A DNA stretch of 64,000 bases from Candidatus Heimdallarchaeota archaeon (lineage in GTDB: Archaea > Asgardarchaeota > Heimdallarchaeia > JABLTI01): positions 192,001 to 256,000 of the forward strand of contig JAHLVW010000066.1 in the NCBI GenBank assembly GCA_019058275.1, given 5' to 3'. Both the position numbers and the translations under genes were made by a program. The notes under the pieces are model-generated. The model had not been told where the DNA came from, did no database searches, and saw only the letters and a program-made list of their open reading frames with translations. Shown piece after piece: positions 31,480-40,132 of this stretch (the stretch's first letter is position 1; every line of letters starts with the position of its first letter).

Positions 31480-32205
31480 TCAAGCATAACTTATTTGACC
31501 ATCAATTAGATGTAACAGAAGATCCGTTTTCTCCCAAACAAGTGGGTCGTGAGAAACAACTACTACTGTAACACCAGTATTTTGATTCAAATCTCTTAAA
31601 ATTGCAAGGATTTCATCACCAGTTTTCGTATCGAGATTGCCAGTTGGTTCATCTGCAAAAATGATTGCTGGACTATTAATTAACGCTCTAGCAATCGCAA
31701 CTCTTTGCTTTTCACCACCGCTTAATTCCTTGGGTTTATGATCAGCTCTGTCTCTTAAACCAACTTGTTCTAGAATGTTCAAAGCTTTTTCTCGATCAGC
31801 TTTACTGATGCCATCTGGTATCAAAGGTAGGAGAACATTCTCCAAAGCTGATAATGTAGGAATTAAAAGGAATTCTTGAAAGATAAAACCAATCTTATTT
31901 TTACGGATTTCTGATAATTCACGTTCTGATAAAATTGTGATATCTATTCCATCAAGGATAGCTTTTCCAGCAGATGCTGAATCCATACAACCTAAGATAT
32001 TCAGGAGTGAACTTTTACCAGAACCACTTGGTCCTGCAATGGCAATCATTTTTCCTGTCTCAATACCGAAGGAAACATTGTTCAAAGCAGTTACCATGGA
32101 AGGTTCACCTGCATTGTAAATTTTGTAAAGTCCATATGCTTTTATGATGAAATTATTTGAATTATCAAGCTCTTCTCTTTCTGAATTGTGTATTCTATCT
32201 ACCAT
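31480..32205 (-). CDS. ABC transporter ATP-binding protein (LolD/MacB type)
   Basis: GPSGSGKS, LSGGEKQRVAIARAL, ADEPTGNLD, SHD. Confidence 0.95.
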   Translation of the reverse strand: MVDRIHNSEREELDNSNNFIIKAYGLYKIYNAGEPSMVTALNNVSFGIETGKMIAIAGPSGSGKSSLLNILGCMDSASAGKAILDGIDITILSERELSEIRKNKIGFIFQEFLLIPTLSALENVLLPLIPDGISKADREKALNILEQVGLRDRADHKPKELSGGEKQRVAIARALINSPAIIFADEPTGNLDTKTGDEILAILRDLNQNTGVTVVVVSHDPLVWEKTDLLLHLIDGQISYA

Positions 32206-32218
32206 TTTTTCATTTCTC

Positions 32219-33445
32219 CTAGGTTGCTCTTAATACCTCCATAGGTTTAATATTTGCAGCTCGGATACCAGGGATTAAACCACCAGCTAATCCTAACCCT
32301 AATCCATAAGCAAGCACTTTAAGTGCTATCTGCCAAGTTATAGTTACAAATGTCTGCCCAGCTCCTAATTGTACAAAGAAAATTAACCCTGCACCTAAAC
32401 CAAAACCAACTAGTGCACCTAATATACCGATTGTAACTGATTCCAAAATTATGTCTAAGAAGATTGATGAATTCTTCCAACCTGTGGCTTTCATTATAGC
32501 GAATTCTTTCATTCTTTCACTTACACCCATCAATTGGGCAACTACGATTGCCATACCGCCAGCAACAATTACTATGACTGTAAGTATGGTTTGGAAAGTT
32601 TGGAAATTTGCCATGATATCACCCATACCTTCAATTTCTGCACCTAGTGAAGTGACATCCAATTTTGGTTCTAATGCTTCTAATTCTTTAACATAACTGT
32701 TTGTTTCTTCTACACTTTCACTATCAAATCTTACTTTGGCAATATTATAACCTGTTTGTTCAAAGGGTAAAGTCATAGAGTTAATTTGTAGAGAAGTATT
32801 TACAGACATAATAAAAGAGGGTTCAAGAATACGTGTCATATCCTCACCTGTATCAAATACTCCTACAATTGTTATTGGAACTGTATATGTGTAATTGATC
32901 ATTAAGTCGAAAGATTCGTCAATTTCGAAAACTTCTGAACCTCCTTCTAAAATATAGTCTGCAATGATTATTTCGAAATCATTCTCGAATAAACGTCCTT
33001 CAGTTAATTTAGTCGTAGGACCTTCAAATAAAGTATCTTCATCTATATTTACACCTCGAGCACCAAGAGCCATAATGCTCATACCAGATTCAGGCGGTGC
33101 CATACCAACTTGTACAGTGACATTATCTGCAAATTGTACGAAATTTGATACAACTACCTCTGCTCCAACTGCTAGAATTTTATCACTTGACTCAATAGTT
33201 CTAATAATGTCTGTAATATTAGTTGGTAATTGTGATAAAGTGATTTCAGCATTGTATTCTGTTATCTCAACATCACCTACAGTAGCTGCAACTGTCTCAC
33301 CTAATATGTTGTCAAAACCTGCTGATGCTGATGAAAGCGCTACCATCAATGCAATACCTATAGCAATTCCTGTAATAGAGAGTGCTGCGACTAGCTTCTT
33401 TCTAAAAGCATTCTTTAATGCGAATCGAATCGTCTGGAAAACCAT
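32219..33445 (-). CDS. ABC transporter permease (MacB/FtsX type)
   Basis: TM1 GIAIGIAL, large extracytoplasmic domain, ERMKEFAIMKATGW, PGIRAANIKPMEVLR. Confidence 0.92.
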   Translation of the reverse strand: MVFQTIRFALKNAFRKKLVAALSITGIAIGIALMVALSSASAGFDNILGETVAATVGDVEITEYNAEITLSQLPTNITDIIRTIESSDKILAVGAEVVVSNFVQFADNVTVQVGMAPPESGMSIMALGARGVNIDEDTLFEGPTTKLTEGRLFENDFEIIIADYILEGGSEVFEIDESFDLMINYTYTVPITIVGVFDTGEDMTRILEPSFIMSVNTSLQINSMTLPFEQTGYNIAKVRFDSESVEETNSYVKELEALEPKLDVTSLGAEIEGMGDIMANFQTFQTILTVIVIVAGGMAIVVAQLMGVSERMKEFAIMKATGWKNSSIFLDIILESVTIGILGALVGFGLGAGLIFFVQLGAGQTFVTITWQIALKVLAYGLGLGLAGGLIPGIRAANIKPMEVLRAT

Positions 33446-33497
33446 TTTTCATCACCATTTTTATCTATCTTTTATGTTATTATAAAATATCAATTTT

Positions 33498-33536
33498 GTT
33501 GTCATTAGTATAAACAAATCACAACCTTTATATAAA
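33498..33536. promoter_or_regulatory. 28-bp imperfect palindrome (putative TetR operator) next to a symmetric TATA box
   Basis: GTTGTCATTAGTATAAACAAATCACAAC (22/28 positions self-complementary), followed by TTTATATAAA, in the divergent permease/TetR intergenic region. Confidence 0.6.
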
Positions 33537-33565
33537 CATTTACTATTATCCTAAAATGATGGTAA

Positions 33566-34252
33566 ATGTCAGAGGAACCTTCAAAACTGAAAAAAGATCA
33601 AAGAAAAGAATCCATTTTAAGCAGTGCAATCAAGGTAATGTCTGAGAAGGGTTTCGATGCAACAACGATGAGAGAAATAGCAAAAACAGAAGCGATTTCT
33701 GAAACATTACTTTATCGTTTCTTTAAAAATAAACATGAAGTATTATTTGGCATCATGCAATCTAAAATGCTAGAAACAATAAAATCTTTTGAGGAATTTG
33801 TTGAGACAACTAAAGTGCTGATACCTGATCCTAAAACTTCTCTTCCCTTAATTTTTAAATTAATGAAGAATAAATTCAAAGAAAACAAAGAGTTAATTGT
33901 TTTACTAACTAAAGAACAGGATAAATTAAGAGAACATTTTTCAGAAATTAGAAAGAATTCTGCTCATAAGGGAATATCCCAATTTGGAAAACAAATTATG
34001 GATAAAATGAGGAGTTTGCAAATTGAAGAAGCATTAACTGAATACTTTGTTAGATGTAAACAAGCTGGTAATCTTAAAGAAGAATTAAATACCAAATCTG
34101 TTACAAAAATATTCCTAAATTTAATTTTCTCACCATTTCCACTTTTACCTATGATGAATCCAATGAAACAATTTCCTGATGAAGCTATGATAGATAATTT
34201 ATTAGAAACACAAATACAGATTTTTCTGTATGGGATATTGCCAGATAAGTAA
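33566..34252 (+). CDS. TetR/AcrR family transcriptional regulator
   Basis: RKESILSSAIKVMSEKGFDATTMREIA..AISETLLYRFFKNK. Confidence 0.92.
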   Translation: MSEEPSKLKKDQRKESILSSAIKVMSEKGFDATTMREIAKTEAISETLLYRFFKNKHEVLFGIMQSKMLETIKSFEEFVETTKVLIPDPKTSLPLIFKLMKNKFKENKELIVLLTKEQDKLREHFSEIRKNSAHKGISQFGKQIMDKMRSLQIEEALTEYFVRCKQAGNLKEELNTKSVTKIFLNLIFSPFPLLPMMNPMKQFPDEAMIDNLLETQIQIFLYGILPDK

Positions 34253-34381
34253 AAATAAGACCATTTTAATACAAAAAACGGATATTTCTTTTCCTATAAA
34301 GAATGGTTTAATTATAAGAAAATAGATTTGTTAATAGAGTTAGTAGTGAAATAAATAGACAAGAATTAGAAGGGAAATAAA

Positions 34382-35089
34382 TTGAGTGAAGATGCAAAAA
34401 GCCTGCTTTTAAGGTTAAAAAAAGAGAAGAAGATAAACAAACAAATTGAGCTCATACAGAAATTAAGGGATTACAATCAAGAGGATATTGTAAATAGTGT
34501 TCTTTTGAAACACCTTGAAAGTAAGGATCATGATACCTTAAGATTAGAAATTCTAAGTGCTCTTAATTATGGAGATGAACAAATCATCAAACCATTAGTT
34601 AATATGGTAAATAACTCAAAAGAAATTCTTTCCATAAAGGAGAAAGCTGTAACACTACTAGGCCAAAGTAAGAACAAGAAAGCAATGAAGGCATTAATGT
34701 CTGCATCTAAGAAAGTAAAGGATCCAAAATTATTAGACAATATTGTCTATGCTCTCACATTCTTTAATGATTCAAGTGTTATAAAACCTATAATAAAAGC
34801 ATTGCACAATGATGAGTTGAGAATACAAGCTTTAACTGGACTCGCCAGAAACGAACATCTGGTATTAACATCAAATACCATGCTTAAGGAATTAGCCACA
34901 ATAGAAATCACAAAAAGTTTTGAAAAACTACATCATGAACAAATCATCAATATAATATTGGATGAATTCAAATTTCAAAATAAGGGAGAATTGCAAGCAG
35001 CAATTTACAACAAATCAATAAATAAGAAAATTGATCAATACAGGAAGAAACAAAATGAAATCGCTAAGACCTTGAAAAAAGTATCATAG
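34382..35089 (+). CDS. HEAT repeat-like protein
   Basis: Helical repeats (IKEKAVTLLGQSKNKKAMKAL; IVYAL..F.DSSVIKPIIKAL). Confidence 0.65.
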   Translation: MSEDAKSLLLRLKKEKKINKQIELIQKLRDYNQEDIVNSVLLKHLESKDHDTLRLEILSALNYGDEQIIKPLVNMVNNSKEILSIKEKAVTLLGQSKNKKAMKALMSASKKVKDPKLLDNIVYALTFFNDSSVIKPIIKALHNDELRIQALTGLARNEHLVLTSNTMLKELATIEITKSFEKLHHEQIINIILDEFKFQNKGELQAAIYNKSINKKIDQYRKKQNEIAKTLKKVS

Positions 35090-35401
35090 TAAGGTCTTAT
35101 TATTTCCATTTTTACATAAAATTAACATTTTGCAGCTAACTTTATTTTTAAATACTTAAACATTCAAAATATATTTAATGTTTAAATGGCATGAAACAGA
35201 AGACACATTCAATAGATTACGATTATGATCCTAAATATTAGTTCACCCTTCCACAAAAGTTGGTAACCTCAAAGATTGCGAAACAACGTTTGTTTTCATC
35301 GTTTCTGCGATTTAGCTTTGTTCAAATCCCACTTAAAAAGTTGCCAATTCAACTGACCTCAAGGTTGAATTGGCATCTACCCTCCCTTTTGATTCATTCT
35401 T

Positions 35402-35947
35402 TTATTCGCTAAGTTTTTCTGTAGAAAGCATTAGACCTGCAATATTTGAGGGAGTAAAGAACCCATCAAAATCACCAAATCTTTGAATATATTCTATGAT
35501 ATGATTAGCTCCTTCAGTAGGTAGAGTGAAAATTTGCTTAATTCCTTCTTCTTCACTTCCTAAAATTTCATCAGTTGTGAATTTTACTCCTCGAGATTTT
35601 TGTATCTCTACTACTTTATCAATATCTGTTACTTCATATGCTAGATGATGAACTCGACTACCATATTTTTGACAATATTTCTCTACAATAGAATCATCAG
35701 ATAAGCCCTCACTTATCACAATTATTGGAAGTGATTCATGGAGTTTTAAAGCAATAGTTATGGCGTTTGAAGATACTACTTCAAAGCTCTTGTAAAGACG
35801 ATAAGGTAGATGATTTGTGAACTCTGTCATTAACTTCTCTCTTTCTCCTCTCTTCACTCTATAAGCAACATGGTCCAACTTTACGATATATTTGTCTATT
35901 CCAGATTCTTTTCTATCTTTTTCTGTTTTATTAAATTCCTCAAACAT
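35402..35947 (-). CDS. VOC (glyoxalase/HPPD C-terminal-like) metalloenzyme
   Basis: LDHVAY, VHHLAYEV.DI, QIFT, IEYIQR, GFF..SNI; GGAGG RBS. Confidence 0.8.
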   Translation of the reverse strand: MFEEFNKTEKDRKESGIDKYIVKLDHVAYRVKRGEREKLMTEFTNHLPYRLYKSFEVVSSNAITIALKLHESLPIIVISEGLSDDSIVEKYCQKYGSRVHHLAYEVTDIDKVVEIQKSRGVKFTTDEILGSEEEGIKQIFTLPTEGANHIIEYIQRFGDFDGFFTPSNIAGLMLSTEKLSE

Positions 35948-36099
35948 TTTTAATCCTCCAAAATGAGAACACTTAACTTAGAATTTGTTTATACTAATTT
36001 TAAATTAATCGTTAAAAAAGTAAAGTGAGTTTAAAGTGCAGAAAGCAATTGAACAACAAAACTCAAAAATAGTTTTACATTTATCATTTCATAAAAAAC

Positions 36100-37371
36100 T
36101 TGGAGTTCATAAAATTGGATATAAATAAAGAAATTCAAGATTTACTACTGAAGGAAGGGATGGAACGTTTTCTAAAATATGTTACATATCATACAACTTC
36201 TGATGAAAACACAGGAACTTTTCCTTCTACAGAAAGGCAATTTGAACTTGGAAAAGAATTGGCAAAAGAATTGAATGAATTAGGTTTCCAGAATGTTATA
36301 TTGGATGAATTTTGTTATGTTTATGGTAACCTTCCAGCTAGCAAAGGTTATGAAAAAGCTCAAGCAATTGGCTTGGTTGCTCACATGGATACTTCACCTG
36401 CTGAGAGTGGATTAAATGTAACACCAGTTATTCATGAAAAGTATGATGGGAGCTCAATCAAATACCAAAAAAATCCAGACATAACTCTAACTAAAAAAGA
36501 TTCACCAGAACTGGAAAAATTTATTGGAATGGACATTATTACATCCTCTGGAGATACACTTCTAGGAGCTGATGATAAAGCCGGTATTGCTGGAATAATG
36601 ACTGCTGCAGCTGCTTGGCAAAAATATCCAGAATTAGAACATGGACCAATTACCGTTTGTTTTACTCCAGACGAGGAGATCGGACATGGTACGACTAAAA
36701 TAAACATGGATAAATTACCAAAATACTGCTATACTTTTGATGGTGGAGAAATAGGTGAATTAGAATTCGAGTGTTTTGATGCTTGGAAAGCAACAATAAA
36801 TTTCAAGGGTATTAGCGTTCATCCTGGATATGCAAAAAATCTTATGGTTAACGCTATTGAAATTGCATCAAGATTTGTTGCACAAATACCAGAAGCTGAA
36901 ATACCACAACATACTGAGAAACGAGAAGGCTTTTATCACTTATATATTATGGATGGTGATTGCGTAAAAGCAAAAACGATTTTCATCTTAAGAGATTTTG
37001 AAAAAGCAAACAATGAAAAACGCATCAAGTACCTCAAGGATTTGAAAGAAACATTTGAAACAAGATATCCAGGGTTAAAGATCGAACAAAAGTTTGAACA
37101 TTCTTATGAGAATATGATTGTTTATCTTAAAGATCATCAGGTAGTAATTGATAAAGCAGCAGAAGCAATAGAAATGGTTGGTATTGAATTACATAAAACC
37201 ATAATCCGTGGTGGAACAGATGGTGCAAGATTAAGTGCACGAGGTATTCCTACACCAAATATTTTTGCTGGGGGGATATTATTCCATTCCTTGAAGGAAT
37301 ATATTCCTGCACAAGCACTTCAAAAATCAGCTGAGACAATTCTCTACCTTGGGAATACTTGGATAAAATAG
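36100..37371 (+). CDS. pepT: Peptidase T (M20B tripeptidase)
   Basis: AHMDTS, LLGADDKAG, FTPDEEIG, HPGYAK..MVNA, IRGGTDG, PNIFAG...HS..E. Confidence 0.95.
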   Translation: MEFIKLDINKEIQDLLLKEGMERFLKYVTYHTTSDENTGTFPSTERQFELGKELAKELNELGFQNVILDEFCYVYGNLPASKGYEKAQAIGLVAHMDTSPAESGLNVTPVIHEKYDGSSIKYQKNPDITLTKKDSPELEKFIGMDIITSSGDTLLGADDKAGIAGIMTAAAAWQKYPELEHGPITVCFTPDEEIGHGTTKINMDKLPKYCYTFDGGEIGELEFECFDAWKATINFKGISVHPGYAKNLMVNAIEIASRFVAQIPEAEIPQHTEKREGFYHLYIMDGDCVKAKTIFILRDFEKANNEKRIKYLKDLKETFETRYPGLKIEQKFEHSYENMIVYLKDHQVVIDKAAEAIEMVGIELHKTIIRGGTDGARLSARGIPTPNIFAGGILFHSLKEYIPAQALQKSAETILYLGNTWIK

Positions 37372-37629
37372 AATCAAATATTATCAGTTAAAATCTTCAA
37401 AAAAAATCCAAACTGTTGCTAGAAAAACCTACCACCATCTCAAGGCTAATAAAACCAGTACCACCAGAAAGTGGACTCTAGATGAATGGTAAGGTTAAAC
37501 ATTACTAGCAACCTTTAAAGTCTATTAAAGATAGGGTTTGTGTTTTCCTATTGAATAGGTAAACTAACTAGATGAGCGAATTTTAATAAAACTAATTTAT
37601 TTTTACAGTAAAACTAGTTTGGCAAAATT

Positions 37630-39225
37630 CTAATTACATTTTCCAAAGAATTCTTTAGTTTTCAAGTATTCAGAGACATCTTTTTCTTTATCATTGATAG
37701 TTAATCTTACATAATTTTTAGCAATATCAATTTCGTAGATATTTGAATTGTGTTCCAACTTACCAATGCAACGGAATCTTATTCTTAAATCATCTACTAA
37801 ATTAGGGATGTCAAAAACATTCAAGAATCGTCGACATTTATCTTTAAAAGCAATCTCTGGATTTAAACCAGCAATATTTTCATCATCAAAGATAAAATCG
37901 ATACATAAGCAACCATCGTTCATACTCATTTCAGTCTTACAGAATTGATTAACAAACTGCCTATATTGATCTGCTCGAGAGATTCGAGAAAATTCTTCAA
38001 TTTCATCGACTAAAACTAAAAAAGCTGAATAACTATTAATTTCTCTTATTTGGTATCCTTTGCTTGTATGATCTGCCATTGCAACAAGTAGATGAAGTTT
38101 GGAATAAATGCCTGAAAAATCAAGACTTTCAACAGGTAAATCTGAAGCGTCACTATAGGTTAATTGGATCTTAGTAAATGCGTTAAGGATTTTCATGAGC
38201 AAATAGGAACTCATAATGCCATGTTGATAATCCTCGAAATCATTAGCAAATCTAAGAAGACGAGACATTTGTTTAGTAAGTTGAGCTCTACCTATGAAAA
38301 TTCGTCTTAGTATGAATAGTTCTTTTTCTCCTGCTTTATCAAGAATATTTTTGAGCTCTTGAATTTCATTTTCATCCGCACCAACTGCAGAATTTAGCAT
38401 AGCAGAAATACGACCAATTCTACTTGTAATAGCATCGATTTGTTTTGATTCATCAAAACTTATTTTATCAATTTCAATTGCAAAGTGTAATTCATATGAT
38501 AAGAGTTCTAACAAATGTTCAATGTATAATTGCTGAACATTTTCATACTGGAAATTAAATTCACCAAAATTAGTTATTGAAAAATAAGGTAAGATCTCAC
38601 CTATTGATTTGTTAATTTTGGCAATTTTCTTTAATGGATAACCTAAATCATGAGCTAATGCAATAATGCATCTAATTGAATCATCAAGGTCTAGAATTGT
38701 TTGGACATTATCTAAAATTAAGTAGAAATTACTAAAGATCTCAGGTTTGTTAAGCTTTAAGTAGAAATTTCTTACTCTGGCAGTATCAACAATTTCTCTG
38801 TTCATGTTAGAAAAAAGAACTGAAAATTGAGGTTCTCTAATAAGAAATTCTCCCAGAAAATAAACCCAAAGACTATGCAAAGTATGGTCCCGATAGAATG
38901 AATCAGAAGCAAAAATCAATTCTTCAAATTCTACAAATTCATTAAAATATGAAAACAATAAATCATACCCTTGCTTGTCAGGATCAATGAATACCATAGC
39001 GGATTCAAATAGAATCTTCCAAAGTTCCTTAGCAGCATTTATTTTGTCATGAATGTCTTCGCTTTTTTTGAGCTCTCTAATTATCTTTGTGATACTTTTT
39101 TTAGCATCTTCTTTTCCTACAAGAAATTTAATCTGATCTTTCTTTAATAATTTTAAGTAATAATCCATAACAGTATTTTCACTTACTTGAACCAAATCTA
39201 TCCCTCTAAATTTAATAGGTATCAT
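37630..39225 (-). CDS. HD-superfamily metal-dependent phosphohydrolase
   Basis: RDHTLHS, AHDLGYP, HGIMS, ADH, LVDEIEE motifs. Confidence 0.75.
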   Translation of the reverse strand: MIPIKFRGIDLVQVSENTVMDYYLKLLKKDQIKFLVGKEDAKKSITKIIRELKKSEDIHDKINAAKELWKILFESAMVFIDPDKQGYDLLFSYFNEFVEFEELIFASDSFYRDHTLHSLWVYFLGEFLIREPQFSVLFSNMNREIVDTARVRNFYLKLNKPEIFSNFYLILDNVQTILDLDDSIRCIIALAHDLGYPLKKIAKINKSIGEILPYFSITNFGEFNFQYENVQQLYIEHLLELLSYELHFAIEIDKISFDESKQIDAITSRIGRISAMLNSAVGADENEIQELKNILDKAGEKELFILRRIFIGRAQLTKQMSRLLRFANDFEDYQHGIMSSYLLMKILNAFTKIQLTYSDASDLPVESLDFSGIYSKLHLLVAMADHTSKGYQIREINSYSAFLVLVDEIEEFSRISRADQYRQFVNQFCKTEMSMNDGCLCIDFIFDDENIAGLNPEIAFKDKCRRFLNVFDIPNLVDDLRIRFRCIGKLEHNSNIYEIDIAKNYVRLTINDKEKDVSEYLKTKEFFGKCN

Positions 39226-39328
39226 TATAAATTTACTTAATCTTAAATTTCTTAATCCTTAAAGTAGATAATATATTTTATCTAGAAAATACCTCATAAA
39301 GTGTAAAATAAGTTAATAAAAGAACAAA

Positions 39329-40054
39329 ATGGAGAAAAGAAAATTGTCGAAAAACGAAGCTTTGAATATTGTGATTACAGGAGCCTCAAGTGGAATTGGT
39401 GAAGCAATTGCCTTAGAAATGGCTAAAGACAAACACCATTTTTTTCTAACTGCTAGAAATCAAGAGCGGTTAAGTAAAGTAGCGGAAAATCTGGATAAAA
39501 TGGGTTGTCAAGTTCATTATGCAGTGGGTGATGTACGAGATGCAAAAGAAGTAGAGAAGATTCATTCTTATGTAGAAAAAGCATTTGAAGGAAAAGTGGA
39601 TGTTCTTGTTGCAAATGCAGGTGTAGGATACTTTGGTAATTTGGAAGATCTAACTGTAGAGCAATATGATTTACAATTCAACACAAATGTCAAAGGCGTT
39701 TTTCTTTGGTTGCGAAAGGTTTTACCAAATATGAAAAAACGGAATAAAGGACAAATAATTGTTTTATCATCTAATTTAGGTTTAAAGACAGATTCAAGAG
39801 CAAGTCTATACGCTGGAACAAAACATGCAGTTCAAGCAATGGTGTGGTGCTTACGTGATGAACTAAAAGGTACACATGTAAAGGCTGCTACTATAAATCC
39901 TGGTTCAGTAGATACACCTTGGTTTAATAGTAAGGATGTTGATAGAACAAAAATGCTGTTTGCAGAGGACATAGCTAAAACCACAAGGTTAATCATAGAA
40001 CAATCTGAAACTTCCAATATTGATCATATTCTACTCTTGCCAGGAAAAAGATAA
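39329..40054 (+). CDS. Short-chain dehydrogenase/reductase (SDR)
   Basis: TGASSGIG, NAG, S..., YAGTK, PGSVDT. Confidence 0.93.
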   Translation: MEKRKLSKNEALNIVITGASSGIGEAIALEMAKDKHHFFLTARNQERLSKVAENLDKMGCQVHYAVGDVRDAKEVEKIHSYVEKAFEGKVDVLVANAGVGYFGNLEDLTVEQYDLQFNTNVKGVFLWLRKVLPNMKKRNKGQIIVLSSNLGLKTDSRASLYAGTKHAVQAMVWCLRDELKGTHVKAATINPGSVDTPWFNSKDVDRTKMLFAEDIAKTTRLIIEQSETSNIDHILLLPGKR

Positions 40055-40132
40055 AGAAATGAGCTATTTTTTCTTTTTTTACTAATAATTTTTTAATCCA
40101 GTACTACTTTACAAGATTTAGCGGTTAAAGCA

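Noticed and set aside
32451-33485. Plus-strand ORFs of 81 and 173 aa, representative of the many 60-118 aa overlapping ORFs in the track
   Set aside because: They lie antisense to or out of frame within well-supported genes and have no recognisable motifs.
37415-37512. Hammerhead ribozyme, tRNA or C/D-box sRNA identity for the structured element
   Set aside because: It lacks the CUGANGA/GAAA core, a cloverleaf with T-loop, and RUGAUGA/CUGA boxes.
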